From: Abditibacteriaceae bacterium
GTDB lineage: Bacteria; Armatimonadota; Abditibacteriia; Abditibacteriales; Abditibacteriaceae
Length of the DNA stretch: 64,000 nt
Direction of reading: 5' to 3'
NCBI GenBank assembly: GCA_965277285.1
Contig: OZ255721.1
Location: forward strand, 384,001 to 448,000
The translations under genes were made by a program, and so were the position numbers. The notes beneath the pieces are model-generated. The model did no database searches, was not told where the DNA came from, and saw nothing but the letters and a program-made list of their open reading frames with translations. Shown one piece after another: positions 29,216 to 39,276 of the stretch; position 1 is the stretch's first letter, and each line of letters begins with the position of its first letter.

Positions 29216-30100
29216 ATGGGAATTGTAAAAGTTGGTTTGCTTTTGACCGCGCTGACCGCGTTATTTGTTTTCGTCGGACACCTGATCGGCGGCGCGAATG
29301 GCGCTTTGATCGCATTTGGCCTGGCGTTGGTGATGAACGTCGGTTCATATTGGTTCAGCGACAAAATTGTGCTGCGGATGTACGGCGCGCAACCTTTGAA
29401 GCCGAATACGCCAGGCGCTTCGCATCTTTACGCGATGACGCAGCGTTTGTGCGAGCGCGCGCAGATTCCGATGCCGAGACTTTATGTGATTGACGACCCG
29501 CAGCCGAACGCTTTCGCGACCGGTCGCAACCCGCAAAACGCCACCGTCGCAGTCAATAGCGGATTGCTGCAACTGCTGAATGACGAGGAAGTCGCGGGCG
29601 TTATCGCCCACGAAATGGCGCACATCAAGCACCGCGACACCTTGACCATGACAATTGTCGCCACGCTCGCCGGAGCGATTATGACGCTGGCGCAAATGGC
29701 GCAATTCGCGGCGATTTTCGGCGGCGGACATCGTGAAGATGAAGACGGCGCGAATCCTCTGGTTGCAATGGCGTTGATGATCTTTGCACCGCTGGCGGCC
29801 ACTGTAATTCAAATGGCGATTTCGCGCGCCCGCGAATATGAAGCGGACGCGACAGGCGCGTATATCGCCGGAACGCCGTATGGCTTGATGAACGCTTTGG
29901 CGAAATTGGAGCATGGCGCACAAACGATTCCCAGCCACGCCAATCCGCAAACCGCGCACTTGTTCATCGTCAATCCTTTCAGCGGTTTGGGCGGCGTGGC
30001 GAACTTGTTCCGCACTCATCCGGCGACCGAAGAACGTATCGCGCGCTTGCAGGCATTGGCAGTGCAAAGTTCGCCGCAAAGTGTCGGCGCCTGGAGTTAA
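29216..30100 (+). CDS. htpX: Zinc metalloprotease HtpX
   Basis: PNAFATGRNP, HEMAH, AISRAREYEAD, THP motifs; GGAGG RBS. Confidence 0.95.
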   Translation: MGIVKVGLLLTALTALFVFVGHLIGGANGALIAFGLALVMNVGSYWFSDKIVLRMYGAQPLKPNTPGASHLYAMTQRLCERAQIPMPRLYVIDDPQPNAFATGRNPQNATVAVNSGLLQLLNDEEVAGVIAHEMAHIKHRDTLTMTIVATLAGAIMTLAQMAQFAAIFGGGHREDEDGANPLVAMALMIFAPLAATVIQMAISRAREYEADATGAYIAGTPYGLMNALAKLEHGAQTIPSHANPQTAHLFIVNPFSGLGGVANLFRTHPATEERIARLQALAVQSSPQSVGAWS

Positions 30101-30151
30101 CTCACCGCGAAGGACGCGGAGGAAAAAAGAAGAAGTATCGAGTACTCGAAA

Positions 30152-30197
30152 CCACAAAAAGGTAGAATCACAAGCGCGTGATTCTGCCTTTTTGTGG
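30152..30197. terminator. Bidirectional terminator
   Basis: CCACAAAAAGGTAGAATCAC...GTGATTCTGCCTTTTTGTGG between convergent genes. Confidence 0.65.
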
Positions 30198-30249
30198 CTT
30201 GAACTTTTTCTTGAATGACGCCGATTTTCATCGTTAATTAGTCGATTTA

Positions 30250-30462
30250 TCATTTAATAAGGCTGCGAGCTTTCGTGAGATCGCCGAATAATTCGAGGTG
30301 ACCGCAATCCATACAAAGCGCGCAACGCACTTCCAGATCGTTGCCGAAAAGACTGAAAATGGGCGCGTTATCGAGACGCAAGCAAATGCGTGGACTTCGA
30401 TTTCCTGTGAGCGAACCTTGCTCAAGGTTTTCGCCATTACAACGCAGACATTTCTGGTTCAT
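30250..30462 (-). CDS. Small zinc-ribbon protein
   Basis: CLRC...CMDCG pairs; AAAGGA RBS. Confidence 0.7.
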   Translation of the reverse strand: MNQKCLRCNGENLEQGSLTGNRSPRICLRLDNAPIFSLFGNDLEVRCALCMDCGHLELFGDLTKARSLIK

Positions 30463-30604
30463 CAAATTCTTCCTTTGATTTGTTATAGGAACGATACGGC
30501 AGTGTGGTATGGCCCACAAAACCATTGCGACTGACATCATTCTTTTTACTTCAAATGCGTTGCCGCAGTTGCGTTCGCGCGCTGGTTATCTTAATCTTTG
30601 AAGC

Positions 30605-31630
30605 GTGACTTCTTTCATTCAAACCGAAACTCAAACCGCACCTTTTCTTTACGACCAATTCGCCGATACCGCATTGCGCGGCGAGGCTTTATCGCGCGAC
30701 GACGCCTTTCGAGTACTCGACACGCCGAGCGAAGAGCTTCCGCTTTTGCTGGCGGCAACGCAGCGCGTGCGCGAAACCTATTTTGGGCGACGCGTCAAAG
30801 TTTGCGTTTTGCTGAACGCGCAAAGCGGCATCTGCGCTGAAGATTGCAATTATTGCTCGCAATCGAAGATCTCGACCGCGCCCGTCGAAAAGTATAAATT
30901 GTTGCCCGAAGACACCATTGTGCAGCGCGCCAACGAAGCCGCTCAAAGTGGCGCGCGGCGTTTCTGCATCGTCATCGCGGCGCGCGGCCCGCAAACCCGC
31001 GACATTCAACATTTGTCGGCAGCGATTAAGCGCATCAAAGCCGACGACGCCACGCGCGATATGGAAATCTGCACCAGTCTGGGCTTGATGAATTTGGAAC
31101 AATGCCAGACTTTGAAAGAAGCGGGCGTCGATTATGTCAATCACAACTTGAACACGAGCGAGCGCCATTATGCCGAGATTTGCACGACGCACACATATGC
31201 CGACCGCGTGCAAACTTTGCACAACGTGCAGGCCGCCGGTTTGAAAACGTGCAGCGGCGGCATCGTCGGCATGGGCGAAACCCGTGAAGACATCGTTGAC
31301 CTCGCCTTTAGCGTGCGCGCACTCGACATCGAGAGCATTCCGATCAACTTTTTGCTGACGATTCGCGGCACCAAGCTGCAAAACCTGGCGCCAATTGACG
31401 CCGACATGGGCTTGAAAGTGTTGTGCCTAATGCGCTTGATGAACCCGACCAAAGAAGTGCGCGTGGCGGCAGGCCGCGAAGTCCATTTGCGCGAACGCCA
31501 ATCGCAAGCTTTGTGCGCCGCCAATTCGCTGTTCGTCGATGGCTATCTGACAACCGAAGGCGAAGCCTCCAACAGCGTCCGCCAATGGATCGAAGAAGCG
31601 GGTTATCATGTGGAAACTGGCGCGAATTAG
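30605..31630 (+). CDS. bioB: Biotin synthase
   Basis: CAEDCNYCSQS, NHNLNTS, CSGGIVGMGE, SIPINFL. Confidence 0.96.
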   Translation: MTSFIQTETQTAPFLYDQFADTALRGEALSRDDAFRVLDTPSEELPLLLAATQRVRETYFGRRVKVCVLLNAQSGICAEDCNYCSQSKISTAPVEKYKLLPEDTIVQRANEAAQSGARRFCIVIAARGPQTRDIQHLSAAIKRIKADDATRDMEICTSLGLMNLEQCQTLKEAGVDYVNHNLNTSERHYAEICTTHTYADRVQTLHNVQAAGLKTCSGGIVGMGETREDIVDLAFSVRALDIESIPINFLLTIRGTKLQNLAPIDADMGLKVLCLMRLMNPTKEVRVAAGREVHLRERQSQALCAANSLFVDGYLTTEGEASNSVRQWIEEAGYHVETGAN

Positions 31631-31651
31631 TTTGCAGGAAAGCCGTTGAGT

Positions 31652-31701
31652 AAAAGCAAGAGTGGCGCAATCGAGTACTCGATTGCGCCACTCTTGCTTT
31701 T
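31652..31701. terminator. 50-bp perfect palindrome centred on TCGAGTACTCGA; bidirectional terminator
   Basis: AAAAGCAAGAGTGGCGCAATCGAGTACTCGATTGCGCCACTCTTGCTTTT between convergent genes. Confidence 0.85.
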
Positions 31702-31712
31702 GAATCCTACTA

Positions 31713-33089
31713 TTAAAACAAGCGGTCAAGTCGTCCGTTGCTGTCGCCGAAAGTGTCTTCTTGGACGCCCATTCTGTCCAGCATCGACAGGAACAAATTG
31801 CTCATCGGCGTGTTCGGCGCGTAGCGAATGTGCTGTCCGCCTTTGATGGTTCCGGCGCCTTTTCCGGCCAGCAGAATCGGCAGTTCGTCGTGATTGTGGC
31901 GGTCGCCGTCGCTGATTCCGGCGCCGTAAACCAGCATCGTGTTGTCGAGCAAAGTGCCGTTGCCTTCCTTGGTGTTCTGCATACGGTTCAAGATGTAACC
32001 CAGTTGCTCGATGTGGAAGCGGTTGATGCGCTCGATTTTCGCCTGCTTGTCGGGATCGCCGCCGTGATGCGACAATTCGTGATGACCTTCGCTGATGCCG
32101 ATATTAGAATAGCTGCGATTGCTGCCATCGTTGGCCAGCATCAAAGTGCAAATGCGCGTCGTATCGGTTTGCATCGCCAAAATCATCATATCGCCCATCA
32201 AGCGAATGTGTTCGCCCGGGTCGGACGGAACGCCGCTGGGTCGCTTGGACGGATCGACGCGCGGCGTATCACCATCCGCGCGGTTCAAACGCTGCTCGAT
32301 TTCGCGGACGCCAGTCAGATATTCGTCGAGCTTGGCGTTGTCGTGCGCACCCAGCTTGTTCTTCAAATCGTTGGCGTCTTCCTGCACAAAGTCGAGAATG
32401 CTTTTGCGCTCAGATTCGCGGCGAAAGCGACTGGCGGCGGCTTCGTCCATATCGCCGTTGCCAAATAAGCGGTCGAATACCAAACGTGGATTGATTTCCT
32501 TGGCAACCGGAGTCGATGCGCCCTGCCACGCGATGCTCGACGAATAGGCGCAACTGTAACCCGAATCGCAGTTTCCGGCTTGTGCGCCGCGCTCGATGCC
32601 CAGTTCCAAAGATGCGAAACGCGTGCGGTCGCCGATGTGTTGCGCCGCCAGTTGATCGACCGAAATACCGGCCTGGATGTCGGCTCCAGCGGTTTTGCGC
32701 GGATGCACGCCAGTCAGCCAGACGGCGCCCGAACGCGCGTGATCGCCCGCGCCATCGCCCAAACCAAAGGCGTTGTGCTGCGCCAGATTAGTCAAAACCG
32801 AAATGCTGTCGCGCACGCCTTGCAGCGGTTCCAGGATCGGTGGCAACTGGAAAGCGCCTTCGGTCGCGGGCGTCCAGGCGGGCATGTGCATTCCGTTGGG
32901 GACGAACATGAAAACCATGCGGTTGGGAACGGTTTTGCCGACCGCACTCGCCGCTGCTTTGGCGGCAGCCGCTGTGCCCGGCGAAGTGGCGGCCAGAGCG
33001 CGCAACGGAATCATGCTGTCGAGCAGGGGAAGCGCCATCGCGGTTCCCAAACCTCGTAAAAATGTGCGGCGCGATATTGGTGTTGGCAT
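31713..33089 (-). CDS. DUF1552-family Tat-exported protein
   Basis: SRRTFLRGLG twin-arginine signal, ISVDQLAA, CDSGYSCAY, HHELSHH, GTLLDNT. Confidence 0.9.
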   Translation of the reverse strand: MPTPISRRTFLRGLGTAMALPLLDSMIPLRALAATSPGTAAAAKAAASAVGKTVPNRMVFMFVPNGMHMPAWTPATEGAFQLPPILEPLQGVRDSISVLTNLAQHNAFGLGDGAGDHARSGAVWLTGVHPRKTAGADIQAGISVDQLAAQHIGDRTRFASLELGIERGAQAGNCDSGYSCAYSSSIAWQGASTPVAKEINPRLVFDRLFGNGDMDEAAASRFRRESERKSILDFVQEDANDLKNKLGAHDNAKLDEYLTGVREIEQRLNRADGDTPRVDPSKRPSGVPSDPGEHIRLMGDMMILAMQTDTTRICTLMLANDGSNRSYSNIGISEGHHELSHHGGDPDKQAKIERINRFHIEQLGYILNRMQNTKEGNGTLLDNTMLVYGAGISDGDRHNHDELPILLAGKGAGTIKGGQHIRYAPNTPMSNLFLSMLDRMGVQEDTFGDSNGRLDRLF

Positions 33090-33139
33090 CTTAAAACTCC
33101 TTGAGACAGAAAGCACGAATCGAGTACTCGAAACGTAAC

Positions 33140-33167
33140 GTACGGGCGAGGCATGCCTCGCCCGTAC
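33140..33167. repeat. 28-bp perfect palindrome, REP-like family E
   Basis: Identical to 20024-20051. Confidence 0.9.
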
Positions 33168-33189
33168 AATGCAACCTCATTATTTGCGG

Positions 33190-35553
33190 CTAATTCTTTT
33201 TTTTCTTCACTTCCACACGCTGTTTGCGGAACGCATCGCTGACGACAATCGCTTCGATCAGCGAACCGAAAGTGTTGCCCTTGGCGGCGACGTGCTTGAC
33301 AATCGCGTCCACGTTGCATTTGTCAGCCGTTTCCAAGCCGCGTCCCAGCGCGTAGGTCAGCATTTTCTGGCTGAAGGCGCCGACGAACTGCTCTTTCTTC
33401 TTCATTAGCACCGCTTTGAACTGAATCGGGCCGACAAAGCGCGTGCCGTCCGCCAAAACCGCCGAAGTATCAATCGGCATGGTGCCTTCTTTGGTGCGCC
33501 AGGCGCCGGTCGCGTCGTAGTTTTCCAGGCTGAAACCAATTGGATCCATGCGCGAATGACAACTGGCGCAATCGGGGTTTTTACGATGCTCTTCCATGCG
33601 CTGCCGCATTGTGAGAGTACTCGAAATGACGCGGTTTTCGCGCAATTGCGGCACGCCCGGCGGCGGCGGCGGCGGCGGCGTGCCCCAGAAATTTTCCAAA
33701 ACCCATTTGCCGCGCTTCACTGGCGAGGTGCGCGTCGGATTCGATGTGACGGTCAAAACGCTGGCTTGCGTCAAAACGCCGCCACGTTCGCGCGCCAGTT
33801 CGCCTTTAAGTTCGATACGCTGGAAATTGTCGCCGCGCACAGTCGTGATGCCGTAATGCCTGGCGAGCGTTTCGTTCAAATAGGTGAATTTGCCGTCCAG
33901 AAAATCCGTAATGCTGCGATTTTTATCGACGACTTCCTGGAAAAACAGCAAACTTTCCTGCTTCATGGCGGCGCGCAGCTTGTCGTTCCAGTCGGGATAA
34001 AGTTCTGGGTCGGGCGCGACATCGCGTAGGTTGCGCAGCATCAGCCATTGACCGGCAAAGTTGTCCGCCAGAGCATGCGCTTTGGGGTCGCGCAACATTC
34101 GCGCGGCTTGCGCCTGCAAAACTTCGGGCTTTTGCAATTGCCCGCTTTGTGCCAGCTTCATCAATGTGTCGTCGGGCGTGCTGCTCCACAGAAAATAGGA
34201 CAGGCGCGTCGCCAGTTCGTAACTATCGAGTACTCGATCCTTTGTGGGAACCGTTTTCGCCACGTCGTCGCTGATACTTTCGACGCGGAACAGAAAACGC
34301 GGCGAAACCAGAGCGGCTTGCAGCGCCAGTTGAACGCCGCGCTCGAAACTTTCGCCATGCGCGTCCGCCAGTTTGAAGGCGCTCATCAAACGCTCGACAT
34401 CTTCGGGCGCGGGCGGGCGACGATAAATGCGGCGCGCCAATTCCGCCACAACTTGACGCGCGGCACCGCTGCGGTCTTGCGCAATTTGTCCCGCCGTCAT
34501 GAAGATAATGCGCTTTTGCGAAGCCGGTAAAACGCGCGTATCATCTTCCAGAGGCCCGTCCATTTCGACGCTTTGAACGTACAAATTGCGGTCGCGCTGA
34601 CCTTCGGGCAATGTTGGCGCGTAAAAATCGTTGAAAAAGCCGAGCGATAAACGATGACGGCCTTTGGTGACGTGCAACGTTTGTGCGTAAACGCCGGGCG
34701 CGTTACGTAGCGCCGCAACATCGCTTGTCGCTTGCGTTTGTCCATCGACTTGGAAATCCATTTTCGCGTTTGCGTCACCAGCTTTGTCTTGCCAGGCGCG
34801 CACGCGAACGGTGTAAGTTCCATCGGCAGGAAACGAGTACTCGACACCTGCGGCGCCAGGCGCATATAAACCATAAACGCCATTTTCGTCGGCCTGACTT
34901 TCGCCGCTCAAGTCGTTGCCGCTCCATTTTGTCAACTGGCGCTGCGGAAGCGAAATCACCTGTTCGGAAATCGTCTCGGCTGCGTTGAGATATTTTTCCA
35001 TCAACAACGGCGAAATCGACAACACATCGCCGATATTGTCGAAACCGTAGCCCACATCATCGGATGGAAAATCGTCGGCGGGACGGAAATCGACGCCGAA
35101 CAAATCACGAATCGAATTGTTATATTCTTCGCGGTTGAGACGCCGCAACGTGACGCGCCCGGGATTTGGAATGGTGCAGTTCGTCGCGGACAGCGTTTCT
35201 TCGATGAAGCGCGCCAATCGGTCGCGTTGCGCTTTGCTGGGCTGCGGGCGACCTTCGGGCGGCATGATATTTTGCGACACGTTATGCGCCGCCATTTGCC
35301 ACAAATCCGGCGCGGTTTTGACGTCGGCAGCACTGCGCGCATGACTGAAAGAAACGCCGCCGCGCTGTTTCTGATCGTTGTGGCACGGCAAACAATACGT
35401 GTTGACGACGGGCGCGACTTCGGTGGCGTAAGTGCCTGATGTCGGCGTCGCCAGAGGAACAAAACGCGTCGGTGCGGCCTGGCTGCGTATCGCCACAAAT
35501 CCGGCGAGGCAAGCCAAAGGCAAACTGCAAAGAAGAAAACGAGAAGAGTTCAC
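33190..35553 (-). CDS. DUF1592-family protein with two CxxCH heme c motifs
   Basis: CLPCH, LRRLNREEYNNSIRDL, ELATRLSYFLWSS, TSPVKRGKWV, CASCH, TYALGRGL; start inferred at GTG 35553. Confidence 0.88.
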   Translation of the reverse strand: MNSSRFLLCSLPLACLAGFVAIRSQAAPTRFVPLATPTSGTYATEVAPVVNTYCLPCHNDQKQRGGVSFSHARSAADVKTAPDLWQMAAHNVSQNIMPPEGRPQPSKAQRDRLARFIEETLSATNCTIPNPGRVTLRRLNREEYNNSIRDLFGVDFRPADDFPSDDVGYGFDNIGDVLSISPLLMEKYLNAAETISEQVISLPQRQLTKWSGNDLSGESQADENGVYGLYAPGAAGVEYSFPADGTYTVRVRAWQDKAGDANAKMDFQVDGQTQATSDVAALRNAPGVYAQTLHVTKGRHRLSLGFFNDFYAPTLPEGQRDRNLYVQSVEMDGPLEDDTRVLPASQKRIIFMTAGQIAQDRSGAARQVVAELARRIYRRPPAPEDVERLMSAFKLADAHGESFERGVQLALQAALVSPRFLFRVESISDDVAKTVPTKDRVLDSYELATRLSYFLWSSTPDDTLMKLAQSGQLQKPEVLQAQAARMLRDPKAHALADNFAGQWLMLRNLRDVAPDPELYPDWNDKLRAAMKQESLLFFQEVVDKNRSITDFLDGKFTYLNETLARHYGITTVRGDNFQRIELKGELARERGGVLTQASVLTVTSNPTRTSPVKRGKWVLENFWGTPPPPPPPGVPQLRENRVISSTLTMRQRMEEHRKNPDCASCHSRMDPIGFSLENYDATGAWRTKEGTMPIDTSAVLADGTRFVGPIQFKAVLMKKKEQFVGAFSQKMLTYALGRGLETADKCNVDAIVKHVAAKGNTFGSLIEAIVVSDAFRKQRVEVKKKKN

Positions 35554-35700
35554 GGCGATAATACGAAGAAAATCGAGTACTCGAAAGCCTCGAAAATAAT
35601 TTGCTAATCCGATTAAGTATGCCCTAATCGTGCTATATTCAAACACTTTGAGCGGCGCGAAGTTGTAAAGTAATGTCAAAGTCGGACGCGGAGGAAAGGG

Positions 35701-37734
35701 ATGAGTCACGTTATCAAGCGCCGGATGTGGACGCCGTCCATCGTCAGTGTTCTGGTTTTTTGTGCGGTCGGGGTGCTTTGTTGCGCTGCGAACGCCAAAG
35801 AACCGAGCTTTTACGTTTCGCCGCGTGGCAACGATGCTGACAAAGGCACGCGCAGTAAGCCGTTTCGCACCGTTGTTCGCGCGCGTGATGAAGTGCGCAA
35901 ACTCGTCGCGGCGGGCTTGAAAAACGATGTTCACGTCTGGCTGCGCGGCGGCACTTACGAACTCGATCAGCCTTTGACTTTCACTTCCGCCGATTCGGGC
36001 ACTAACGAGTACTCGATCACTTATGCCGCTTACAAAGACGAAAAGCCGATTCTCAGCGGCGCGCAAACGATTGGCGGCTGGACGAAGGGCAGCGGTCAAT
36101 TGTGGACAACGACGCTTCCTGAAGTCAAAGCTGGCGGCTGGAACTTTCGCCAACTTTTCGTGAATGGAACGCGACGAATGCGAGCGCGCACGCCAAATGG
36201 TGGATTTTTCAACGTCGTTGGCGGCATTTCGCGCGACGCGCAGGCGAGTTTCAAAACGCCGTCCGCCAATGTTTTGCTATCGTGGGCAAGTCGTGGCGAT
36301 ATCGAAATCGTCGCATTGCAAGCGTGGGCCGAGTTTCGGATGCCGATTCGCTCGGTTGTTCCCGACGCGACGGACAGCGCGCTTTCAACGATCACGTTGA
36401 GCGGCAAAACGGCGCCGTCCAATCAGGAAAATAACGCGCGCTTCTGGATTGAAAACGCGCCCGAAGCCTTGGATTCGCCCGGCGAATGGTATCTCGACCG
36501 AAAAGGTGGCGTTCTCTCCTATTGGCCTTTGCCCAACGAAGATATGCGAAGCGCGCAGGTTGTCGCGCCACGCTTGTCGCAACTGATGCTGTTGGATGGC
36601 GACGCTGCGCGGCCTTTGCGCAACCTGTGTTTTCGCGGTTTGCAATTTTCTTTCGCCGATTGGACTTTGCCCGAAAACGGCTATATTGATGGACAAGCCG
36701 CGTACGACATTCCCGCCGTGATTCAGGCCAATCGAGTACTCGATAGTCGCTGGGAAGATTGCACCATCAATCACGATGGCAATTACGCGATGGCTTTTGA
36801 GCGCGGCTGCAAGCGCAACATTGTCAGCCATTGCGAGATGACGGATTTGGGCGCGGGCGGCGTCAAAATCGGCGAGCCGCAGATTCGCGTCGATGAAGTG
36901 GACAAGACGCAAAATAATCAGGTTGTCGATTGCCATATTCACGACATCGGGCTGGTTTATCCCGCCGCTGTTGGCGTGTGGATCGCGCAATCATCGGGCA
37001 ATCTGGTTGCTCACAATGAAATTGATCACACGGGTTACACGGGAATTTCGGTCGGCTGGACGTGGGGTTACGGGCTGAGCGAAGCGCACGACAACATCAT
37101 CGAGTGGAACGATGTGCATCACATCAGCCAGGGAATGCTGAGCGATCTGGGCGGAATCTACACGCTGGGCGTGCAGCCTGGAACTGTGATTCGTCACAAC
37201 GTGTTCCACGACATCGAGGGTTACAGCGGCGGTTATGGCGGCTGGGGCATTTACACCGACGAAGGTTCGAGCGGGATTCTGATTGAGAATAATCTGGTTT
37301 ATCGCACTTCGATGGCGGGTTTTCATCAGCATTACGGGCGCGAAAACGTGGTGCGCAACAACATTTTCGCGTGGGGACATCAGGCGCAGATCATGCGCAC
37401 GCGCGAAGAAGATCATCGCAGCTTTTCCTTCGAGCGCAACATCGTTTTGTGGAACGAGGGCGATTTGCTGGGCAGCAATTGGAGCAACGGCCAATATCTT
37501 TTCGACCACAACCTTTATTTCGATGCGCGCCGAAAGCCGCTGCGTTTCAAAGACTGGAGTTGGGACGAATGGCAAAAACGCGGACAAGATGTTCACTCAA
37601 TTGTCGACGACCCGCATTTTGTGGATGCCACACGCGGTAATTTTACTTTGAAAAGCGATTCACCCGCCGCGCAAATTGGCTTCGTACCATTTGACTTCAG
37701 TTCCGTCGGGCCGCGCAAAAGGATGAGCAATTAG
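35701..37734 (+). CDS. Secreted right-handed parallel beta-helix protein (carbohydrate-active, GH141-like)
   Basis: FYVSPRGND..GT..PF.T, LDSPGEWY, LSDLGGIYTLG, GIYTDEGSS. Confidence 0.85.
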   Translation: MSHVIKRRMWTPSIVSVLVFCAVGVLCCAANAKEPSFYVSPRGNDADKGTRSKPFRTVVRARDEVRKLVAAGLKNDVHVWLRGGTYELDQPLTFTSADSGTNEYSITYAAYKDEKPILSGAQTIGGWTKGSGQLWTTTLPEVKAGGWNFRQLFVNGTRRMRARTPNGGFFNVVGGISRDAQASFKTPSANVLLSWASRGDIEIVALQAWAEFRMPIRSVVPDATDSALSTITLSGKTAPSNQENNARFWIENAPEALDSPGEWYLDRKGGVLSYWPLPNEDMRSAQVVAPRLSQLMLLDGDAARPLRNLCFRGLQFSFADWTLPENGYIDGQAAYDIPAVIQANRVLDSRWEDCTINHDGNYAMAFERGCKRNIVSHCEMTDLGAGGVKIGEPQIRVDEVDKTQNNQVVDCHIHDIGLVYPAAVGVWIAQSSGNLVAHNEIDHTGYTGISVGWTWGYGLSEAHDNIIEWNDVHHISQGMLSDLGGIYTLGVQPGTVIRHNVFHDIEGYSGGYGGWGIYTDEGSSGILIENNLVYRTSMAGFHQHYGRENVVRNNIFAWGHQAQIMRTREEDHRSFSFERNIVLWNEGDLLGSNWSNGQYLFDHNLYFDARRKPLRFKDWSWDEWQKRGQDVHSIVDDPHFVDATRGNFTLKSDSPAAQIGFVPFDFSSVGPRKRMSN

Positions 37735-37859
37735 CTTTAAAAGATCAGCTTGGAGACGAATTGAGTACTCGAAAAGTGTTGATTTGGTTGTTGCAGTTTC
37801 TGATTTCAATGTGGAATCAAAGTTAAGACGAAGGCGTTACGTGGAACGGAGGATGAACG

Positions 37860-38321
37860 ATGAGCATCGAAGTTTTTCCGGTTGTCGAGGGTTTAGCCGA
37901 AGCCGAGTTCTTTGATGTCGCCGATTGGAAAATTCTGGCGCATTGCCTGGGACTTTTGGACGCCGCCGCGTTGCAATTGCGCATCGCGCCGCTCAGCAAT
38001 TTTATCTGCACAACAAGACGCGAAGTTTTGGAAACATTGGGCGCAGACGATGTTCTGGTGCTCGAAGCCGAAGGCGAACTCCGCGACGGCGTCTGGTATC
38101 ACGGTGACAAGGTTTTGTGGTCGATAGAACCGCTCTGGTTTTCCTGCGGCGAAGGTTTGGGCTGCGTCAGCGCGCTCATCGAGTACTCGAAAGCGCACCC
38201 TGAACACTTCATTGATAAATTTCAAGCCGCCGAAGCCGTTGCCATTTTGGGCGAAGTGCAACGTATCCTGCTTCAAGCGCAAAATGAAAGTCGGCGCTTT
38301 CACTTGAAATCAACGGTTTAG
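37860..38321 (+). CDS. Hypothetical protein
   Basis: 153-aa ORF with GGAGG RBS. Confidence 0.7.
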   Translation: MSIEVFPVVEGLAEAEFFDVADWKILAHCLGLLDAAALQLRIAPLSNFICTTRREVLETLGADDVLVLEAEGELRDGVWYHGDKVLWSIEPLWFSCGEGLGCVSALIEYSKAHPEHFIDKFQAAEAVAILGEVQRILLQAQNESRRFHLKSTV

Positions 38322-38339
38322 ATGCAACTCAATTCTGAC

Positions 38340-38461
38340 AGGGTGTATAGGAATTGCAAAAGGGACTGTCAAACTCCCAGTATGTCATTCTGAGCACAGC
38401 GAAGAATCTGGCGTGATGTTAGATTCTTCACTCCGTTCAGAATGACAAACTGGGAGTTTGA
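38340..38461. repeat. Family A inverted repeat with extended left flank
   Basis: AGGGTGTATAGGAATTGCAAAAGGGACTGTCAAACTCCCAGTATGTCATTCTGAG ... CAGAATGACAAACTGGGAGTTTGA. Confidence 0.85.
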
Positions 38462-38478
38462 TCACTTCTCCTACTTTT

Positions 38479-39276
38479 CTACATATTCTTAAGGCACGCT
38501 CGAAACGCCTGCGCCAGGCGCGCATCAATTTCGGCTTCGATGCCACCGACTTTGATGTCGCGGTCAACGTGCGTCCAAATGCCGTCGGTTCCGACTTCGA
38601 GAACCAACCATTCGCCATCTGCGTTGCACATCAAATCGGCGCAACCAAACGAACCCAACATTCCTGTCGCTTGCATTGCGCGACGCGCTTGAACTTCCGC
38701 CTCGTGCGGCACCGTTCCGGCGTCTTCGTAACGCGCGCCCTGCGCATGAGCCACAAACGGCGAGACTTTCGCGCCAGGCGGAAAACGCCGCGCATTCCAG
38801 CCGAAAGTTTCGCCCGCCACTGCATACAAGCGATAAACTTCCGGTCTCGCCAAACGAATAAATTGCTGCACGATAAACGGTTGCGGCCAATCGTGTGGAA
38901 TTGTCGAATCGTGAGAAACCAAACGATGACCTGTGGCGCCGCAGCCCGTCGGCCATTTCAAAACCCATGCGTCATCTTGGTTTTTAGCCACAAAATCGCG
39001 CACTTCCGCTTCCGAATCGAGCGAAACCGTGCGTGGCGTGTTGACATCGTTTTCGAGGAAACATTGCGCCAGCAAACGTTTGTCGGACGCCAAATGTATC
39101 GCGCTCAAAGGAACAAAACTTTCGCTGTTCAATGGAAGGTTATCGTCCCAGCCCAAAACATAATTCCAATCGGCGGGCGTGTCTTGAAGCGGCACGCCCA
39201 GAACTTGCGCCATGTGCTGCGCGTGTTCTTCAAAAACCCACGCGCTTTCGCCCGCGTTCAAAATAGTGGCCTTCAT
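38479..39276 (-). CDS. ATP-grasp (RimK-like) domain protein
   Basis: SDKRL, WVLKWPTGCGATG, IVQQFI, ADL...WLVLEV. Confidence 0.8.
   Translation of the reverse strand: MKATILNAGESAWVFEEHAQHMAQVLGVPLQDTPADWNYVLGWDDNLPLNSESFVPLSAIHLASDKRLLAQCFLENDVNTPRTVSLDSEAEVRDFVAKNQDDAWVLKWPTGCGATGHRLVSHDSTIPHDWPQPFIVQQFIRLARPEVYRLYAVAGETFGWNARRFPPGAKVSPFVAHAQGARYEDAGTVPHEAEVQARRAMQATGMLGSFGCADLMCNADGEWLVLEVGTDGIWTHVDRDIKVGGIEAEIDARLAQAFRACLKNM

Noticed and set aside
30465..30604. BirA/BioR operator upstream of bioB
   Set aside because: No convincing match to a biotin-regulator palindrome by eye.
35554..36153. N-terminal 200 aa of the 987-aa ORF 33190-36153
   Set aside because: Overlaps the divergent beta-helix gene; the signal-peptide-like start is at GTG 35553.
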